Shown here: piece by piece, positions 30,635-44,134 of the stretch
How the letters are laid out: each line of letters opens with the position of its first letter
How positions within the stretch are numbered: the first letter of the stretch is position 1
Source: Octopus vulgaris
Taxonomy: Eukaryota
DNA: 64,000 bases
NCBI GenBank assembly: GCA_951406725.2
Contig: OX597834.1
Span: 7,936,001 to 8,000,000, forward strand
Reading direction: 5' to 3'
Notes under the pieces: model-generated
What the model saw: only the letters and a program-made list of their open reading frames with translations
Databases searched by the model: none
What the model was told of the DNA's origin: nothing
Program-made: the position numbers and the translations under genes

Positions 30635-31025
30635 TTCCTGAAGCTGCCGCTGCTGTGTTACAACTGCTACTGCTTCTTTTACTTCTGAAATCATTTATTA
30701 ACTAGCGGTAACTCTGAAAAAACTACAAGCTACACTTAAGATCAACAGTGGCTACTGTGGCAACACAGAGTGGGCATACGTATCACTGAGGGATCCAGAT
30801 CTCTTTTTCTTATGTTAAGTTTTCCTGTTCCGTCCATTGGTTTATAACTTCAGTGTTGTGTTCACCGAAGATTTTGCGTAAAATTTGAAACCGCATATGC
30901 TAGGAAATGGATTGTATGTGCGATTCAAATGGCCATCAGAGTCTAACAACATTCTTCCATGTTGATTCAGTCCAATAGTTTTAATAATATAAGGTACATA
31001 TATCTTGGAATGCTCAACCATAATT

Positions 31026-31454
31026 GTCTTCCCAATAGCAACATATGGATGCGAGACCTGGACACTAAAGAAAGCTGACCAGAAGAGAATTAATGCATTC
31101 GAGCTTTGGTGTTGGAGAAGACATTTACGGATACCATGGATAGGGAGGCTCACCAATGGAGAAGTTCTTAAGCAGATAAGGCCGAAAATGACGCTAGAAG
31201 CTAGGGTCACCAAGCATAGATTGGCATATTTCGGTCATATTATGCAGAGAAAATCCCTGGAGAAGGACATCATGCTCGGAATGGTCAGTGGTAAGAGAGG
31301 AAGAGGCGACCAAGAACCCGCTGGCTTGACACCATCAAGAGTGATACCGGAATGGATATAGCCAATTTGAAAGAAGCGGCTCAGGATAGAACTGACTGGA
31401 GGACAATGATCCAACGAGTGACCGAGAGTCGACTTCGACTGAGTGGATAGAGAG
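31026..31454 (+). mobile_element. RTE (BovB-like) LINE 3' fragment with 6-bp TSD
   Basis: VFPIATYGCETWTLKKADQKRINAFELWCWRR.LRIPW...YFGHIM..SLEKDIMLG..GKRGRG; ataatt at 31020-31025 and 31455-31460. Confidence 0.92.
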
Positions 31455-31713
31455 ATAATTTTGTACGTATTTTGGTCGAACCAATGAAGTACGTGTGCTC
31501 AAACATGAAAGACAAGTATTGAGTGCAGACGCTCACGTCACTGCGTTACTGTTCCTCCTCTCTTTGACACTGGTTCTAATCATGTGGTGGAAGACGTTGC
31601 GTTTGCCATTGGTGGATCCATATATTAGACGCAGCATGACCCAGAAACACTGTCATGATGGTAGGGTTTGTTGTGGGATGTTTGTATTTTGAGTTCTAAG
31701 TGACAGACTTACT

Positions 31714-32245
31714 GATAAAATACATACTGCTTAAAGTGGAATAGCTGCAGGGTGCAATGGAATTGTCAATAATATAAATGTGCGTTTTAAAAATAATTTC
31801 CATTTGAATCCATGAATATTTATTAAGTTCACTGCTAACATTAAAAGAGCGAAAGAGAATTAAAGGAAAACTTTAATTTTGATTTTTGATTCTATATTTA
31901 TTTACGTGCATTGAATAATTAACATTCCTTTTTAGTCGTCACTGTTGATGATGTATCTTTCATTAGTATCTTACATATAGCGTACAGACTTTTGATATTT
32001 TGATCAAAGAGTATAATTACTTCATGTTTTGAATATGGTGTATATTTTCACTGTATTTTGTTAATTATGTAACCTTGGTATAGACTATACAACTTTATTT
32101 GATTATGAAGTAACATTATTCAGTACGTTATTGGTACAATAGCTCTGAAATACTGATAATAGAGTATCATTATTTAATATTTTCACTATGGTGTATCCAG
32201 GGGTTTGGATGATAATGATTTGTTTGTGATGTAGACGCAATATCT
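31714..32245 (+). repeat. Local duplication, copy 2
   Basis: Matches 24878-25410. Confidence 0.9.
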
Positions 32246-32488
32246 ACACTTCCTTGACAGGACGTCAGTCACCCAAATAATGAATCCCCATATAAAGATT
32301 GGGTTAAAATCATTTCCTTGTCTCTGAGTGTTTTTGGTGGATTTTGAACGTTGCAAGTTGTGTGAAGCATTCCATTGCAAGCTAGAAGATAACGTCATAC
32401 CGGGTTCGATCAGTGCCGAAGTCTCTGAAAATATAAAACATCATTCATAGACACTGATTTTCCGTCCTTGTCAAAACTTTAAAATATA

Positions 32489-32885
32489 TCTTTATATATA
32501 AAAGTGAGGTTGTGTGCTGTCTGTCTCCTACGATTTAGATTCCTAACTACTTCCACATTTTGCGGTGCAGTTTAACCAAAACCGGGTATCTTATAGTCGT
32601 GATTCATATCGAGCCCTTCTGGGTATTAGCGCGTGTCTACGATGCATCTACGATTTTAAAAATAATTTAAACTCATTTTTTTTCATTTTAATGCATTTTC
32701 GCTATTATATAAGGGAAGTCACTCTCTAAAAATGTCTACGAAGAGTCAACGATTTAAAAAAAAATTACCATAATTTTTTTCCATTTTTAATGCATTTTTT
32801 GGCTATTTTTTGGCCATAACTTTCTTAAAATGCTTATATAGTTATTTCCCTTACAAACCCGAGCAACGCCGGGCGATATTGCTAG
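32489..32885 (+). mobile_element. Non-autonomous Helitron
   Basis: 5' TC (tctttatatataaaag), subterminal hairpin cccgagcaacgccggg (32858-32873), 3' CTAG, between host A and T. Confidence 0.85.
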
Positions 32886-33507
32886 TTAGATATATTACTA
32901 ACCACAATTTGGGTCAAATTTAAGGTAAACTTTCTCAAGGAGTAACTGGAACTACAAGTTCGCTTCCTTGACAGGGCGTCAGTCACCCACATAATGAATC
33001 CCCATATAAAGATGCCCTCATTTCAGTTTTGAGTACAACGTAAAATGAAGCCCTTTGTTCAAGGACGTAAGTTGCTACACGAGCCAGGAATGCAACTGAG
33101 CGGTTTTAAGATGATGTTCCGAATGATCTAACAAGTCGACGAACCTCCATTAATATCAACATCATTTATAACGATGATTTAACAACATTCTTCCATGTTG
33201 ATTCAGTCCAATAGTTTTAATGATAGAGGGTAGATATGTCTTGGAATGCTCAACCATAGTTCATTAAGTAAGAATTTTGGTCGAACCAATGAAATACTTG
33301 TGTTCAAACATGAAAGACAATTATTGAGAGCAGGTGCTCACGTCACTGCGTTACTGTTCCAGCTCTCTTTGACACTGGCTGAAGGACGTGAGTTGTTACA
33401 CGAGCCAGGAATGCAACTGAGTGGTTTTAAGATGATGTTCCGAATGATCTAACAAGTCGACGAACCTCCACTAATATCAACATCATTTATAACGATGATT
33501 TAACAAC

Positions 33508-33925
33508 TCTTACTCTTTACTCTTTTACTCTTTTACTTGTTTCAGTCATTTGATTGCGGCCATGCTGGAGCACCGCCTTTAGTCGAGCAAAATCGACCCT
33601 GGGACTTATTCTTTGTAAGCCCAGTACTTATTCTATCGGTCTCTTTTTGCCGAACCGCTAAGTGACGGGAACGTAAACACACCAGCATCGGTTGTCAAGC
33701 AATGCTAGGGGGACAAACACAGACACACAAACATGTAGACACACACTTATATATATATACATATATACGACAGGCTTCTTTCAGTTTCCGTCTATCAAAT
33801 CCACTCACAAGGCATTGGTCGGCCCGGGGCTATAGCAGAAGACACTTGCCAACGATGCCACGCCGTGGGACTGAACCCGGAACCATGTGGTTGGTAAGCA
33901 AGCTACTTACCACACAGCCACTCCT
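33508..33925 (-). mobile_element. SINE family C
   Basis: Near-identical to 18460-18890. Confidence 0.9.
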
Positions 33926-34209
33926 GATTCAAATTTTTGCAGGAGAGATCAGGAATTTAGTAGGGAGGGGACACTGCATAACATCCACCCCAGTATTTTA
34001 TTTTATCAATCTCGAAAGGGCGAAATGTAATACAGAACTGATTAATGAATTAATAATATTAATATCGTAAAGCGATTACTGTTTCAATCTCATTCTGACA
34101 TTTAATTATGCTTACTGTTCGTTTTTCGATATCATTGGCAGACGCCATTAGAAAAACTTATATCTATTTGCAAAGGAGCCTTCACTTTCATCGCTACCTG
34201 GTGGTTGCC

Positions 34210-34250
34210 GCCCGTTGACGAGGGACAAACATCCCAAAACTAGTTCGAGC
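34210..34250 (+). ncRNA. Degenerate minimal hammerhead-like motif
   Basis: gcccg-TTGACGA-ggga(caaaca)tccc-AAAAC-ta-GTT-cgagc; two core substitutions. Confidence 0.45.
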
Positions 34251-34724
34251 GTATCACTCAGGCTTGCGAGGAAGGGATGGCCTCCCTTTGCAAATACTCC
34301 AAAGACACAGATATTGTGTTTAGAGCCAGCTAGAGACGAAGATCTCTTGGGGCTATAAAGCTACAGTAACAACCCCCTCCCCAATGTGGTTAGCCATGAT
34401 AAGATGGCTTCTATACTTTACATTATCGAGCGATTACTGTTTCAATCTCATTCTGAGATTTAATTATGCCTAATATTAATATCATTAGCAGTAATCTTTA
34501 TTCCCTTTGCTTCTGTTGAAGTAAAAACAGATGCGGTCTTCATACTTATTGAAATTACTGCGATGACGTTATCTCGTAAGTAAACTGGATTCTGTGCTTC
34601 AATCTACAAAAAGCGTTTGAACGTCAATGCCTATTTTAAAGCTACTGAAGGCAGTAAACAAACTACACAAAAATGCAAATAGTCAGTCTATGTGTTTCCA
34701 CACACACATACACCCACATATCTC

Positions 34725-34955
34725 TTTCTTTACTACCCACAAGGGGCTAAACACAGAGAGGACAAACAATGACAGACAAACAGATTAAGTCGATTATATC
34801 GACTCAGTACGTAACTGGTACTTATTTAATCGAACCCCGAAAGGATGAAAGGCAAAGTCGACCTCGGCGGAATTTGAACTCAGAACGTAGCGGCAGACGA
34901 AATACCGATAAAGATTTCGCCCGGCGTGCTAACGATTCTGCCAGCTCGCCGCCTT
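34725..34955 (-). mobile_element. SINE family A, full length
   Basis: Minus-strand head ggcggcgagctggcagaatcgttagcacg; B-box-like gagttcaaattcc; tail ccccttgtgggtagtaaagaaa. Confidence 0.9.
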
Positions 34956-35018
34956 ATCGTATGCATGCGTGGAGTACAAATCCCAAATTTCATTCAAAAT
35001 AGCTTTATTATAATAGAC

Positions 35019-35232
35019 ACGTTAGCACGCCGGGCGAAATGCTTAGCGGTAATTCGTCTGTTGTTACATTCCTAGTTCAAATTCCGCCGAGGTCGACTTT
35101 ACCTTTCATCCTGTCGGGGTCGATAAATAAAGTACCAGTTTCGCACTGGGGTCGATGTAATCGAATTAATCTCTTTCTCTGTCCTTGTTTGTCCCCTCTA
35201 TGTTTAGCCCCTTGTGGGTAGAAAAGAAATAT
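35019..35232 (+). mobile_element. SINE family A, inverted relative to the neighbouring copy
   Basis: Reverse complement of about 34725-34933. Confidence 0.9.
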
Positions 35233-35337
35233 ATTCATCTATTACCCCTTTATTTCTCATTCATATGACGCTCTCTTTGCCATTTATCTCCTCTAACTTC
35301 ACCTCTCACTCTGGCTCTAGTGTATGTATGTATAATA

Positions 35338-35410
<73 letters not shown>

Positions 35411-35413
<3 letters not shown>

Positions 35414-35670
35414 TAGTTAAATGAATTATCTTGTTATGGATAATTCGGTTAACCGATACCTGGGTAGCAAATTCACATCAGAGAAGACACGTTTGAAGTT
35501 ACGTGCTTTCGTGTGCATCTTGATGTTGACATAAGTTCCTTGGTTTTCCTGACGAGAAGGCGGCATAATATACTCCTTATTCCTTCGCAATTAGTAATAT
35601 GCCGCCTTCGAAACATATGTCGAAAATAAAGGAATTTTGTTAATTCGTCGTTCAACACCATTCTTTCATA
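35411..35670 (+). mobile_element. Compact family H1 element in (TA)n
   Basis: Both ends homologous to the 4307-5399 element; long (TA)n on both sides. Confidence 0.8.
35544..35626 (+). ncRNA. Canonical type I hammerhead ribozyme motif
   Basis: Stem I ttttc/gaaaa; CTGACGA 35549-35555; 12-bp stem II gaaggcggcata/tatgccgccttc; GAAA; stem III ac-atat-gt; GUC triplet ending at 35621. Confidence 0.88.
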
Positions 35671-35677
35671 TATTTAT

Positions 35678-35794
<117 letters not shown>

Positions 35795-36322
35795 GGCGGG
35801 GCCCCAGCAAGGCCACAGCTCGTGAGCTGAAACTAGATAAAATAAAATTAAATAAAATTTAAAAAAACACTGGATCAATGATTTTTGCAATAGGATTTTA
35901 ACTGAACGACTGTAGCTAGAAATTGAAGTTCTTAATAACAGAGCCAGCATTTAGTGTTTCGTTCGAATTAGTGTTGTTATTCTGTTAGCTTGAAACGACA
36001 GCATAGTCCCTAGCACATCATAGTTAAGGGTCTTGGTTCAACTAGTGTATTTACTTGAAATGTAGTTAAATGGTATCATTGTGGTTAAGGCCGGCGCAGA
36101 AGCTGTAAAAGAACAAAATAAATTTAACATTTCATTCCTTTATTCTTAGCTGGTTTCATTTAATTAACTGTGTCTTTGATGAGTTATCACTTTCATTGCA
36201 TCCTTGGCAACTTTGCATCTCTCTCTATTCATTTTGGGAATTGTGTTGTGGAAATCTATCAGACGTCATGTTTAATGTAACGTACCTGAACGAAAAAAGA
36301 AAACACAAACATATACCTAATC

Positions 36323-36365
<43 letters not shown>

Positions 36366-36371
36366 TATATA

Positions 36372-36580
36372 CTCTTTTACTCTTTTACTTGTTTCAGTCA
36401 TTTGATTGTGGCCATGCTGGAGCAACGCCTTTAGTCGAGCAACACGACCCCAGGACTTATTCTTTGTTAGCCTAGTAATTATTCTGTCGTTCTCTTTTGC
36501 CGAACCGCTAAGTTACGGGGCCGTAAACACACCAGCATCGGTTGTCAAGCTATGTTGGGGGAACAAACACAGACACACAA

Positions 36581-36657
<77 letters not shown>

Positions 36658-36816
36658 TACGACGGGCTTCTTTCAGTTTCCGTTTACCAAATCCACTCAC
36701 AAGGCTTGGGTTGACCTGAGGCAATAGTAGAAGACACTTGCCTAGGGTGCCACGCAATGGGACTGAACCCAGAACCATGTGGTTCGTAAGCAAGCTACTT
36801 TCTACACAGCCACTCC
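36372..36816 (-). mobile_element. SINE family C
   Basis: Homologous to 18460-18890. Confidence 0.9.
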
Positions 36817-37379
36817 TATTCTGTATTATTTCATTCTCTTTTAAGTTTCAGCCCTAAGGCTGTGTCCATGAGGGAGCACGTATGTATGCATGTACAGAAT
36901 AAATTTGGCTTCTGAAGGTACCGGTGTATAAAATTTCAAAGCCACGCAATGGGTGAACCTGAAGTTACAGTAGAAGACACTTTCTAACATTGTGCAAAAT
37001 GAGACTGAAGCAACAACATTCATAACCAAACAACCTCACCTGCTAATATCTGTAACATTATTACTAGCAATGTTAATCAATTCAAATCACCTCATTATTA
37101 CGTTCATTTTAAATTCAGTGGCATGTTTCTTGCTTTACATATCTCACTGCTATTAATCATTAAGCTCATTAATAGTCTCAAAGCTTTTGTAAATTATTCG
37201 TGAATTTCTAAGTTGCTAGAAACAACAGTAATGTTTATATCATATCACACTCGCCTTATTCAGAAAATAGAAAATATCTAATAATATACACTTGCTTTAA
37301 ATTTAATACAATTAAAAACTGGGATCTCGTCGGTTGACCATCAAAGGCTTCTACAAATAGAGTTGATGTATATATCTGT

Positions 37380-37580
37380 GTCTGTGATTGGCCCTCCCTC
37401 ACTATTTGTCAGCTGGTGTTAGTGTGTTAAGTCCCCGTAGCCTTGCGGTTCGGCAGGAGGACCGATAGAATATGTCTGAAGATTAAAATAAATACTCCTG
37501 CGGTCGATTTGTTTGATGAAAACATTTCATGGGTATGCTCCAGCGGGGTCGGTGACAAATTACTGAATAAGTAAAAGAAT
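37380..37580 (+). mobile_element. SINE family C, diverged 3' half
   Basis: gctggtgt...gtccccgta.c.ttgcggttcggca..gaccgatagaata. Confidence 0.65.
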
Positions 37581-37585
37581 TAAAG

Positions 37586-37632
<47 letters not shown>

Positions 37633-37833
37633 ATGGATATATACATATATTTATAATAATAAGGGTTTATTGCAACAAGTTGCTTAAACCACATACCGAG
37701 AATTTTAGAAATAGCAGTCAGAAGACTACTATTTCCTTTTACTACAAAAATAAGTCTCAACAGACAACAATATTTGTAACTCACATATGGCAAAAAATGA
37801 TGTAAACCAATGAAATCACACAGTCTTTGGTTA

Positions 37834-37892
37834 ATTATGTACGTACGTTTCTGGATTAGAATCGTAATGTTCATTTCCTTTATCAACATAAT
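37834..37892 (-). ncRNA. Hammerhead-like motif, family H2, variant core
   Basis: Minus strand: attatg-TTGATAA-agga..tcca-GAAAC-gtac-GTA-cataat. Confidence 0.55.
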
Positions 37893-38096
37893 ATTCCTCA
37901 TAAATCTAGAAATATATATATATATATATCCCGCCTTCACCTTCGAAACGTAGAGTAGATGAAACCATGGCGACTGAAGAAGGGGTTTTTTCCTTTTGTT
38001 ATTTGTCCTGTATATATATGCGTGTGTATATACACGTAGAGGTAGGTACGTACATATATGTATATATATATGCATATGTTTCATTTATTAATATAT

Positions 38097-38154
<58 letters not shown>

Positions 38155-39004
38155 GATAAAAATACTTGATACACAATGATTAGAAAAGATGTTTTTGAAA
38201 GTTATTAGCAATAGAGTAAAAATTTTAATTTTTTTAATTTTAGGTCATTAACATTTATGAAATCAATTTTTGCAGAGTAGCTTGTGTTTCGTGTGTATTT
38301 CGTGTGTAAGCGCTTTCGTTTTTGAAGTTTACAAAAATGCGCATTATGGGTTAATACATAATAAAGAAGTTTTTTTTTTTAAGTAGTGGCGTCAAATATT
38401 GCTGGTACAGTCGCCGATTTATAATTTTTATATCGGATAATTATTTTGTCTTTGATAGTGTGTAATTTTAATCTTATATTTTGCAAAAGGGGAATATTTC
38501 AGACCTTTAATTTGCACAAATGTCTACATGTTTACAACATGTAATATTCTGACGGGCAGGCAGATAGACAAAGGAACAAATTCAATTACAATTTACATCT
38601 GAGCTTCATGAACACGCGTTAATCTAAAAATAATGTCAAACAAAAATACAAAACAATGGCGACCGTGACAATGATGTTCGTGATGATGATAATGATGATG
38701 GTGATGTTGATGATGATGGTGGTGGCGGTGGCGGTAATGATACTGGTATGTGGATTATAATAAGCTGATTCTGGTGAAAATATTGTTGAAGAATATGCAG
38801 TAATAAACGCGATGACTATAATTTTGAAAAGTCTTGTTTTTTGAAAATAATAGCAATAATTACGCGAGTCCATGAGAAAAATGTTTTCAATTTGGAAAAT
38901 AATTATTCCAAAGCAAATAGCTATACACATCATAAAGTTAACTAAAACATAAGCACTATCCTATATATATATATGTGTGGTGTGTGAGTGTGTGTTTATG
39001 TATG

Positions 39005-39061
<57 letters not shown>

Positions 39062-39066
39062 GTATG

Positions 39067-39100
<34 letters not shown>

Positions 39101-40301
39101 AAGAGGGGGATAGAGAGAAAAAGAAGCACATAAGTAGATATATATCACAACCACATATAGATATATGAGGACTTTAGGGAGACGTGGGAGGCAAATAACT
39201 GTGAGTGCACACATATACACACCTTATATATATATATATATATATATATGGCAGTATATACAGAATATATAATATATAATATATATGCGACCATATATAG
39301 CCGGGCATTGAGGTAGGGAATGGCAGTAAACAGAATAAAAATGATGAGAATGTACTAATATGCGACCATATATAATAATATTCAGCTAATTGATTAAATC
39401 TGCCTGCAATTTTATACTTATCTATCTCTCTATCTATCGATCTATCTCTCTATTTATCTATTTATATATCTATCTATCAATCACTATTTATCACGTTGGG
39501 AGTTGAATATTCCAGGATCTTATGAATACAAACACACACACATGTGTGTAAATATGTATATTCATATGGTAGAAGGCAAGGGTGTATGAAGTTTGTTTCC
39601 CAACTATATGGTGCTGGGTTCAGGCCCAATGCGTGGATCCATCGGAAAGTTTCTTCTTATATGAACTCGGGTTTCTATAGACTGTATACATTTAGCATGA
39701 AGCACAGGTGACCGTTCTAATATATTACGGCTGTAACTCTGGGTTCTAAATTTCATAAAAACCTGTCAAGCGTTCTGAAATATCTGAATATATTATTCAT
39801 TCTTTTGATATATCAGGGAACGAATTTCCTTCATACATGTCACAAATAATTAAACGTTATTCATAAGCCCACAAACGGGCAAAGTGCTTCCCCTTTAACG
39901 GTCCCACGATTCACTGCTTGTTACTAGGGTAACTTCGCTTTGATGTATATTGTGCCATACACACAACTTGTAAACGAAAGCCAGAGCATCATGACTTTCT
40001 ACATTCATATATACACGATGCATGATAAATAGATGCCTGTATGTCTACAAATCTATTTAAAACACACAGGAACAAATGCACGTGCAAACGCGATGCCCTT
40101 AATTTTTGTAGAAAAATGCAATTTCGTTTTAACCGTTTCATGGTTTATTTGGTTTTTAATGATCTTTGTATTGATATTATTTTTTTTTAAACTGGGAATA
40201 AATTGAATGACAATTATGCTTCAGATGGGGGTACAGTGTAAAATAGTTGTGAACAGTGTTGTGACCGTAGCAATAAGAACAACTTTCACAACCTGTAATA
40301 A

Positions 40302-40373
<72 letters not shown>

Positions 40374-40487
40374 ATCTCTCTGTAAATTCGTTTATCAATT
40401 CGTTATACAAGACTCCTGGTCTGAAATCGTGTGTTGAAACAGATATTTTTGTATTTCGGGATGATGATGATGATGATGATGATGATG

Positions 40488-40522
<35 letters not shown>

Positions 40523-40534
40523 TATTATTATTAC

Positions 40535-40610
<76 letters not shown>

Positions 40611-40936
40611 GAGTGAGAGAGCAGTTCATGCCATCAAAGTGACACTGGGGTAAAATATACGAAGCCCAATATACCCATCATGACTACCCGTCTGTACACT
40701 AAGCACATGCATCACAACCATATGTGCGCAATCAAGATAAACAGCGCAGGACCTTGCGGGTGGGGCCCAGTTAGAATTTTCTTGTTGTTGAGTAGCCCAT
40801 CCCGCTCAAAAGGTCCCTGAATAAGGATTGTTTAAGGATGTTGAACGAAACACCCATGTTTCCAAATATGGATTATCCAAACCTCTAAGGATTCCTTTCA
40901 ACACATGGCTATGATGCTCCCCCACTACTTCTGTTC
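40611..40936 (-). mobile_element. Repeat family D, truncated copy next to (ATT)n
   Basis: Collinear with 41181-41525, with small deletions; strand inferred from the (TAA)n tail. Confidence 0.8.
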
Positions 40937-41180
40937 TATCATTATTATTATAATTATTATCGTTCTTCTTCCTCTTCTTTCTTCTTCTTCTTCTTCTTCT
41001 TCTTCTTCTTCTTCTTCTTCTTCTTCTTCTGCTTCTTCTTCTTCTGCTTCTTCTTCTTCTTCTTCTTCTGCTTCTTCTGCTTCTTCTTCTTCTTCTCCTC
41101 CTCTTCTTCTTCTTCTTCTTCTTCTTCTTCTACTTCTTCTTCTTATTATTATTAATATTATTATTATTATTATTATTATT

Positions 41181-41780
41181 GAGTGAGAGAGCCGTGTATG
41201 CCATCAAAGTGACACTGGGGTAAAATATACGAAGCCCAGTATACCCATCATGACTACCTGTCTGATAAGGGTACACTAGGCACATGCATCACAACCATGT
41301 GCGCGCGACATGGTGATCTCATATTAAGATAAACAGCACATGACCTTGCAGGTGGGGCCCAGTTAGAATTTTCTTCAGGTTGAGTAGCCCATCCCGCTCA
41401 AAAGGTCCCTGAATAAGGGTTGTTTAAGGATGTTGAAAGAACCACCCATGTTTCCAGAGGTGAATTATTCAAACCCCAAAGAATCCCTCTCAACACACGG
41501 CTATGATGCTCCCCCACTACTTCTGCTCGTGATCAGAGATGCACATATCGTCAGCCACTAAGGGACATGCTCAACTGGTTACGGTCAAACAACTGACAAG
41601 CAAATCTGTGGTATTGAGCAGAATATTTGCTGTAGCCCATCTTTTATACCAAGACAAAACAATGTACATGATAACACTTCCAATCAGTTAAGATCACAAG
41701 CCATGAGAGCCACTGACTGGTACTGCATCAGGGCATCCTGGTACTGCATCAGGGCATCCTGGTACTGCATCAGGGCATTT
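41181..41780 (-). mobile_element. Repeat family D, long copy embedded in (ATT)n
   Basis: Three copies in the window share the same end abutting (TAA)n; triplicated 21-mer at about 41717-41778. Confidence 0.8.
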
Positions 41781-41795
41781 ATTATTATTATTATC

Positions 41796-41857
<62 letters not shown>

Positions 41858-41871
41858 CATTATTATTATTA

Positions 41872-41951
<80 letters not shown>

Positions 41952-42004
41952 TTCTGCACCCATTTATTACTGTTAATTTATTATTTTAACGCCTATCAAT
42001 TGTC

Positions 42005-42050
42005 AGGAATGGAATTCTTTCGTCACACATATGTGACATCTTCAGTGATA
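42005..42050 (-). ncRNA. Hammerhead-like motif, family H4
   Basis: Minus strand: CTGAAGA-t-gtcaca(tatg)tgtgac-GAAA-gaattc-ca; stem I and cleavage triplet decayed. Confidence 0.5.
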
Positions 42051-42972
42051 CTTTTCGTTTTCCTGTGTGTTCTTGCACCACTTACTCCATTCTGTTCTTC
42101 TGCGAAGTGTATCGTTATGTGCGCATGCGTTTGTATCCGTGTTTGTTAGATTATTTTTTTGTGTGTGTGCGCGGGTGGGTGTATGTCTTCCCCACTGCCC
42201 TAACCCCTCACCCCATTGTCCCGCTGCTCTCCTAAGATCCGAGAAAAAGTGTAGAGTTCCTGTAACCCTCTGTATACGGGAGGTAGTCCACGGTGTTGCC
42301 ATTTTGAGACTACTGCTTGAAACTCGGTAAGAGATTCCTTAAGAAAATATTCATCACCTGATCATTAACATGCCTAATATGTTCCCTTCAAGGAAAATTG
42401 CAAAGAGCATGTCTCCCAAATATTCATTATTCAAATCATAACAATCAATAAAGAATTTGAATGCATCATTTCAGATTTAGATACATTTTAATGATTAAAG
42501 GAGTGTGTATTTACTCCTGCCATGTCAGTGAATATATGTCATGGACTCTCTCAACGTTACACATCGTAAGTGGGTTCAGTAAAGTCCATCCATCGAGATG
42601 ATTTGTTTTATAGTGATGAAATATTTCTGTACACATAAGCTCTATACCGACATGAAATCGATATAACCGTATCAGGTGCACGACGTTCCCCATAGCTGAT
42701 GACTAAATCGTCGCAGCTACGAGAAATGAAGTGTGTTGCTAAAGAACTCAACGGAACGCCCAGTTTGAGAATCGAAACTACCATCTAGCAATTGTGAGGG
42801 CAACACACTAAACACTATGCCTTGCGCCTTCACACACAAACACACACACACACACACACTCAAACACATGCACACACCCATACCAACTCACACAGAGGCA
42901 CACTCACGAATATACGCACATATGTAAGTATGTATATAAGTTGCATGGTCGGTTCATCGCCGACTAAATAGG

Positions 42973-43026
<54 letters not shown>

Positions 43027-43107
43027 TATATATATAGATAGATAGAGAGATAGATAGATAGATAGATAGATAGATAAATGGATGGATGGATATATATATA
43101 TATATAT

Positions 43108-43177
<70 letters not shown>

Positions 43178-43294
43178 CTATTGATGGGTAGATAGATATA
43201 TAGGTAGATAGTTGGATAGATGGATGGATGGATAGATATATATGTTGAGAGATATGTGTGTATGAGTGTTTGCGTCTGTAAGTGTGCATGTGTG

Positions 43295-43480
43295 CGTTTG
43301 TGTATGTATGTAAAACTACAGTCTATCGCTGAAACAGATTTAGCATACACATGGCATCCAGATTCAACGTATAGAACACCAGAATTATACATTCGCTTTT
43401 GTATATTCACAATACATAACGTCTGAATTGTGCTCTCATTCCTCGATATAAACTCGTATAACAATAAAATCAAAATTGCT
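43295..43480 (+). repeat. About 185-bp dispersed duplicate (second copy at about 46620-46798), each downstream of (GATA)n
   Basis: gtaaaactacagtctatc..gaaacagatttagcatacacatggcatccagattcaacg...aactcg.ataacaataaaat. Confidence 0.88.
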
Positions 43481-44090
43481 AGTTGAGGAGAGTGAAAGTT
43501 GGACACCCTGGAGGACGAAAATAAGAAATGTCAAAAGGGTGGAAGAGCTCATGAGCAGTCAAAGGCCATCTTACTATATGTGTACGAATGTATGTATATA
43601 TGCGCGAGGATGTCGAAATACCTAATTTGGTGTCAAGGCGCCTGGTTGTCCCACTGGGAGTGGGATGCCCTTGTGTTTTCACAAAATCTCTCTAAGAGAG
43701 GGTAACTCTGAGGGGAAACGTCCGACAATGGCAATATTCGATGATGTAGACAAGTTCTTTTCGAGTCGATGTTGTATATGTTCAAAGAGTGGGCCTGTAT
43801 TTGTACAAATTATTTCCCACACTATAAAATACCATGATGCACAGTCATTAGTTGAAAAAAGTAAGACCCGTCATAAAAAAAAAATAACTATTTATATTTA
43901 ACCTTCGCACGTGGGGGATTATCGATCAAGCCATAGTAATACTCGAACACGCGTAGCAGCCATCAAAATAATGATATTCAAAACTGATCAGAAGGACAAC
44001 AAATGTACAAATGGAAAACTTTCACATAAAACATGAACATACTTATTTTTTCGTCCGTTATCTTCTAATGTTCATCACAATTTCACGCCT

Positions 44091-44134
<44 letters not shown>

